Under the pieces are notes generated by a model. It had not been told where the DNA came from. It saw only the letters and a program-made list of their open reading frames with translations, and did not search any database. The position numbers were made by a program, and so were the translations under genes. From contig DF236979.1 in assembly GCA_000708835.1 (NCBI GenBank), positions 1-64,000 on the forward strand: DNA of 64,000 nucleotides, given 5' to 3'. This document shows, piece after piece, positions 62,001 to 64,000 of the stretch (its first letter is position 1; each line of letters opens with the position of its first letter). The stretch is from Klebsormidium nitens. Taxonomy: Eukaryota; Plantae; Klebsormidiophyceae.

Positions 62001-62929
62001 CCGGTCACAATCGCAATCTGGAAGCGTCGAGACAAGTACTTGCGTAAGAATGTACGGCGGTTCACGACCCGTTGGAACGCGAGAATGCCAGAATGTTCGT
62101 CGGGCTGTAGTAAGCCCTGGCTCGTTTTTGCAAAGCACGTCTCTTATAGCCGTTCGTTTTCGATCTCATGAGACAATGAGTCGACTTCGAGGCCCCAAAT
62201 TAATCTCAACTTCGACGCAAAAAGCGACTCGCAGAATCCTGATTGCTGCTCTTATGACTCGCCCCTGACGGAAGTGCAGAAGGATGAAATGTCACGGTAG
62301 TGCTATTTGATAAACTGTGCCTGGTTACCTTGTCCTGCAACCGGTTGTGGCCCTTGTAGCTGTCCCGTCCATAGTCAGGCCTCGGGTCCATCTTGTACTC
62401 CTGCAAATACGTGGCACTCGTGACATCAGATATCCAACCTTCGCCCAAAACTGAAACCGCCAGAAAGCGAGTTGGAAATGACTCAATCACAACCGAGCTA
62501 TGTAGTTGAGGCAGGATGGATCCCACCCCAGACAAAGAAGTAGTGTCACACGCCTTGACCGATTGAATCTGAATTGGCGCCCAAACGGATGCCTTTAAAA
62601 ACCATTCCTCAGCTTCTCTTTTTTCCTGGCCCGTTCGTCGAGCTGCCACTCGGTTTTGGCTATTCGTCAGCTATTGGAAGGACGCACTACTAGGGACGCA
62701 CTATCGCATCGTGGGTTCGAATCTCGGGTTGGGTTTCGCCGCTTACGTCACCCGGGAAGCCCTGTTGTTGAATAGGGTAGGGCGTTCCATGCTCCAGGTT
62801 TTTGGGGTCCGTTTGAACGGCTGGTCTTACAGTCTTAACCACATTCCTGGCCGCTTCCACGGTTTTCGAAATGCCTGTCGTGATGGGGTCCTGCCACGCG
62901 CCATCGTCCTCAGCGCGAACCTTCAAACC
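59055..62929 (-). CDS. Classical short-chain dehydrogenase/reductase, YghA/YdaD (glucose-ribitol dehydrogenase)-type; 5' exon tentative (~63291-63449)
   Basis: Exons (minus) 62929-62747, 62400-62329, 62017-61904, 61473-61394, 60991-60922, 60517-60323, 59858-59730, 59204-59055. Motifs [62 protein letters not shown]. Confidence 0.92.
61791..61851 (-). repeat. Intronic diverged copy of the 3' half of an SDR exon including its donor site
   Basis: 52/61 identical to 61900-61960 (offset 109 bp). It translates [19 protein letters not shown]|gttag versus [19 protein letters not shown]|gttag. Confidence 0.85.
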
Positions 62930-64000
62930 CTGCACATTGTGATGTTTTAAATGGGCGGAATACACGGAACTTCCACGGAACCACCAAGTATCCCATTCTG
63001 ACAAATTTTGTGGAGTCTTTTGATTGAACAGGCAAGCCTGCCTGGCTAGCTTCGTTGCTTTCTTTTGCTGTCAAAGGAACCTATGGACATTGAGCTTTGA
63101 ATTCGTAAAAGACGAGCTTCGCGAAGAAAGGCAAACAGCCTTTGGTCGAAACGAACCTGTTGCGAATAGGTGCCGCTTTCTAACAAAGCCGTGTTTTCAG
63201 AAGGCATCTCCTAATCTACCAACTAAAAGGACCACAATCATTAAGGGTAACATGAGCTGGATCGTGCAGCAAGCAAGAAAGATTGCCCACTCCTTGACAC
63301 TCCTCAACCCCAAGAGGTTGCAACAGAAATGTTTTTGAATACGTGTTTGCAGACTGTGGAGATATTGCACCATGCACAATGCACGACGCTGCTGAGAGGC
63401 AAGTCAGAGTTTTCAACGACTCAAACTTGTTGTTGCATGCAAGCTGCAAACAAGGGAGCTTTTAAAGAGGGCATCATGCTGGATTCAACAGACGGCTAGG
63501 CAACGCGAATCCCATGCCACAGGGACAGAACTCGAACTTTTCTTTGTATTCCTCATTGAAAGACGAGCTCGGAAACAAACGGAGCTGGGACATGATATCC
63601 CACCCTCCGGACATTTCTGGCCGACTTTGCACCGGCAATTGGGGTTTTGCCCAAAAGCGCCAGGTTGTGCGACGCACAGGAACGAGTATCAAGGAAGCCG
63701 CTGCTGCTGGAACCACATGCAGACGTCACCCCGCGCACAGCAGAGCCCTGAAGGGCGATCAATCCGGCAGACGCCATTGTTTCGGGCGGGTTCAGTGCAG
63801 GTTACGTTTCTCGACGGGATACTATTCCGGCGCTAAGGGACTCCTTCGAAAAATGTACAGCTTTCAGAATTGCCCAAGCTCGGGGAGTTGGAAGCAGCTC
63901 AATCAAGCTCCAATGAAACGGAGTGTCCCAGCATATGACGTTGCTTGAAGGAGCTGAGAGCCGGCTCTCCGATGCAAGCTCGAGTGCTGCTCGTGTCCAG

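Overview
Eukaryotic, intron-rich (GT-AG) genomic DNA. The gene set, intron style and GC-rich promoter patches fit a streptophyte green alga such as Klebsormidium (inference, not verified). I assembled gene models by hand; splice phases are consistent for every internal exon listed. From left to right: (1) An array of intronless genes for an unrecognised signal-peptide + 3-TM protein with two internally duplicated Cys-containing luminal modules: three intact copies (1973-3157, 7409-8428, 11994-13034) and one decayed copy (888-1394), the last two intact copies lying in a diverged ~5 kb tandem duplication. (2) Two tandem 4-exon prokaryote-type SPFH/prohibitin genes with very long transit-peptide-like N-termini. 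(3) A 123-nt foldback hairpin. (4) A 5-exon rolling-stone-like membrane protein gene (minus). (5) A SnoaL/NTF2-like gene (minus). (6) A PIF/Harbinger-type MITE (39-bp TIRs, TTA TSD, interior partly an N gap) in a divergent promoter. (7) A 14-exon oligopeptidase B with an N-terminal presequence and C-terminal SKL. (8) A 12-exon PHD-finger homeodomain (HAT3.1/PRH class) gene with Gly at homeodomain position 51 and four AT-hook-like repeats. (9) A YghA/YdaD-type short-chain dehydrogenase (minus). No rRNA, tRNA or CRISPR array was supported.
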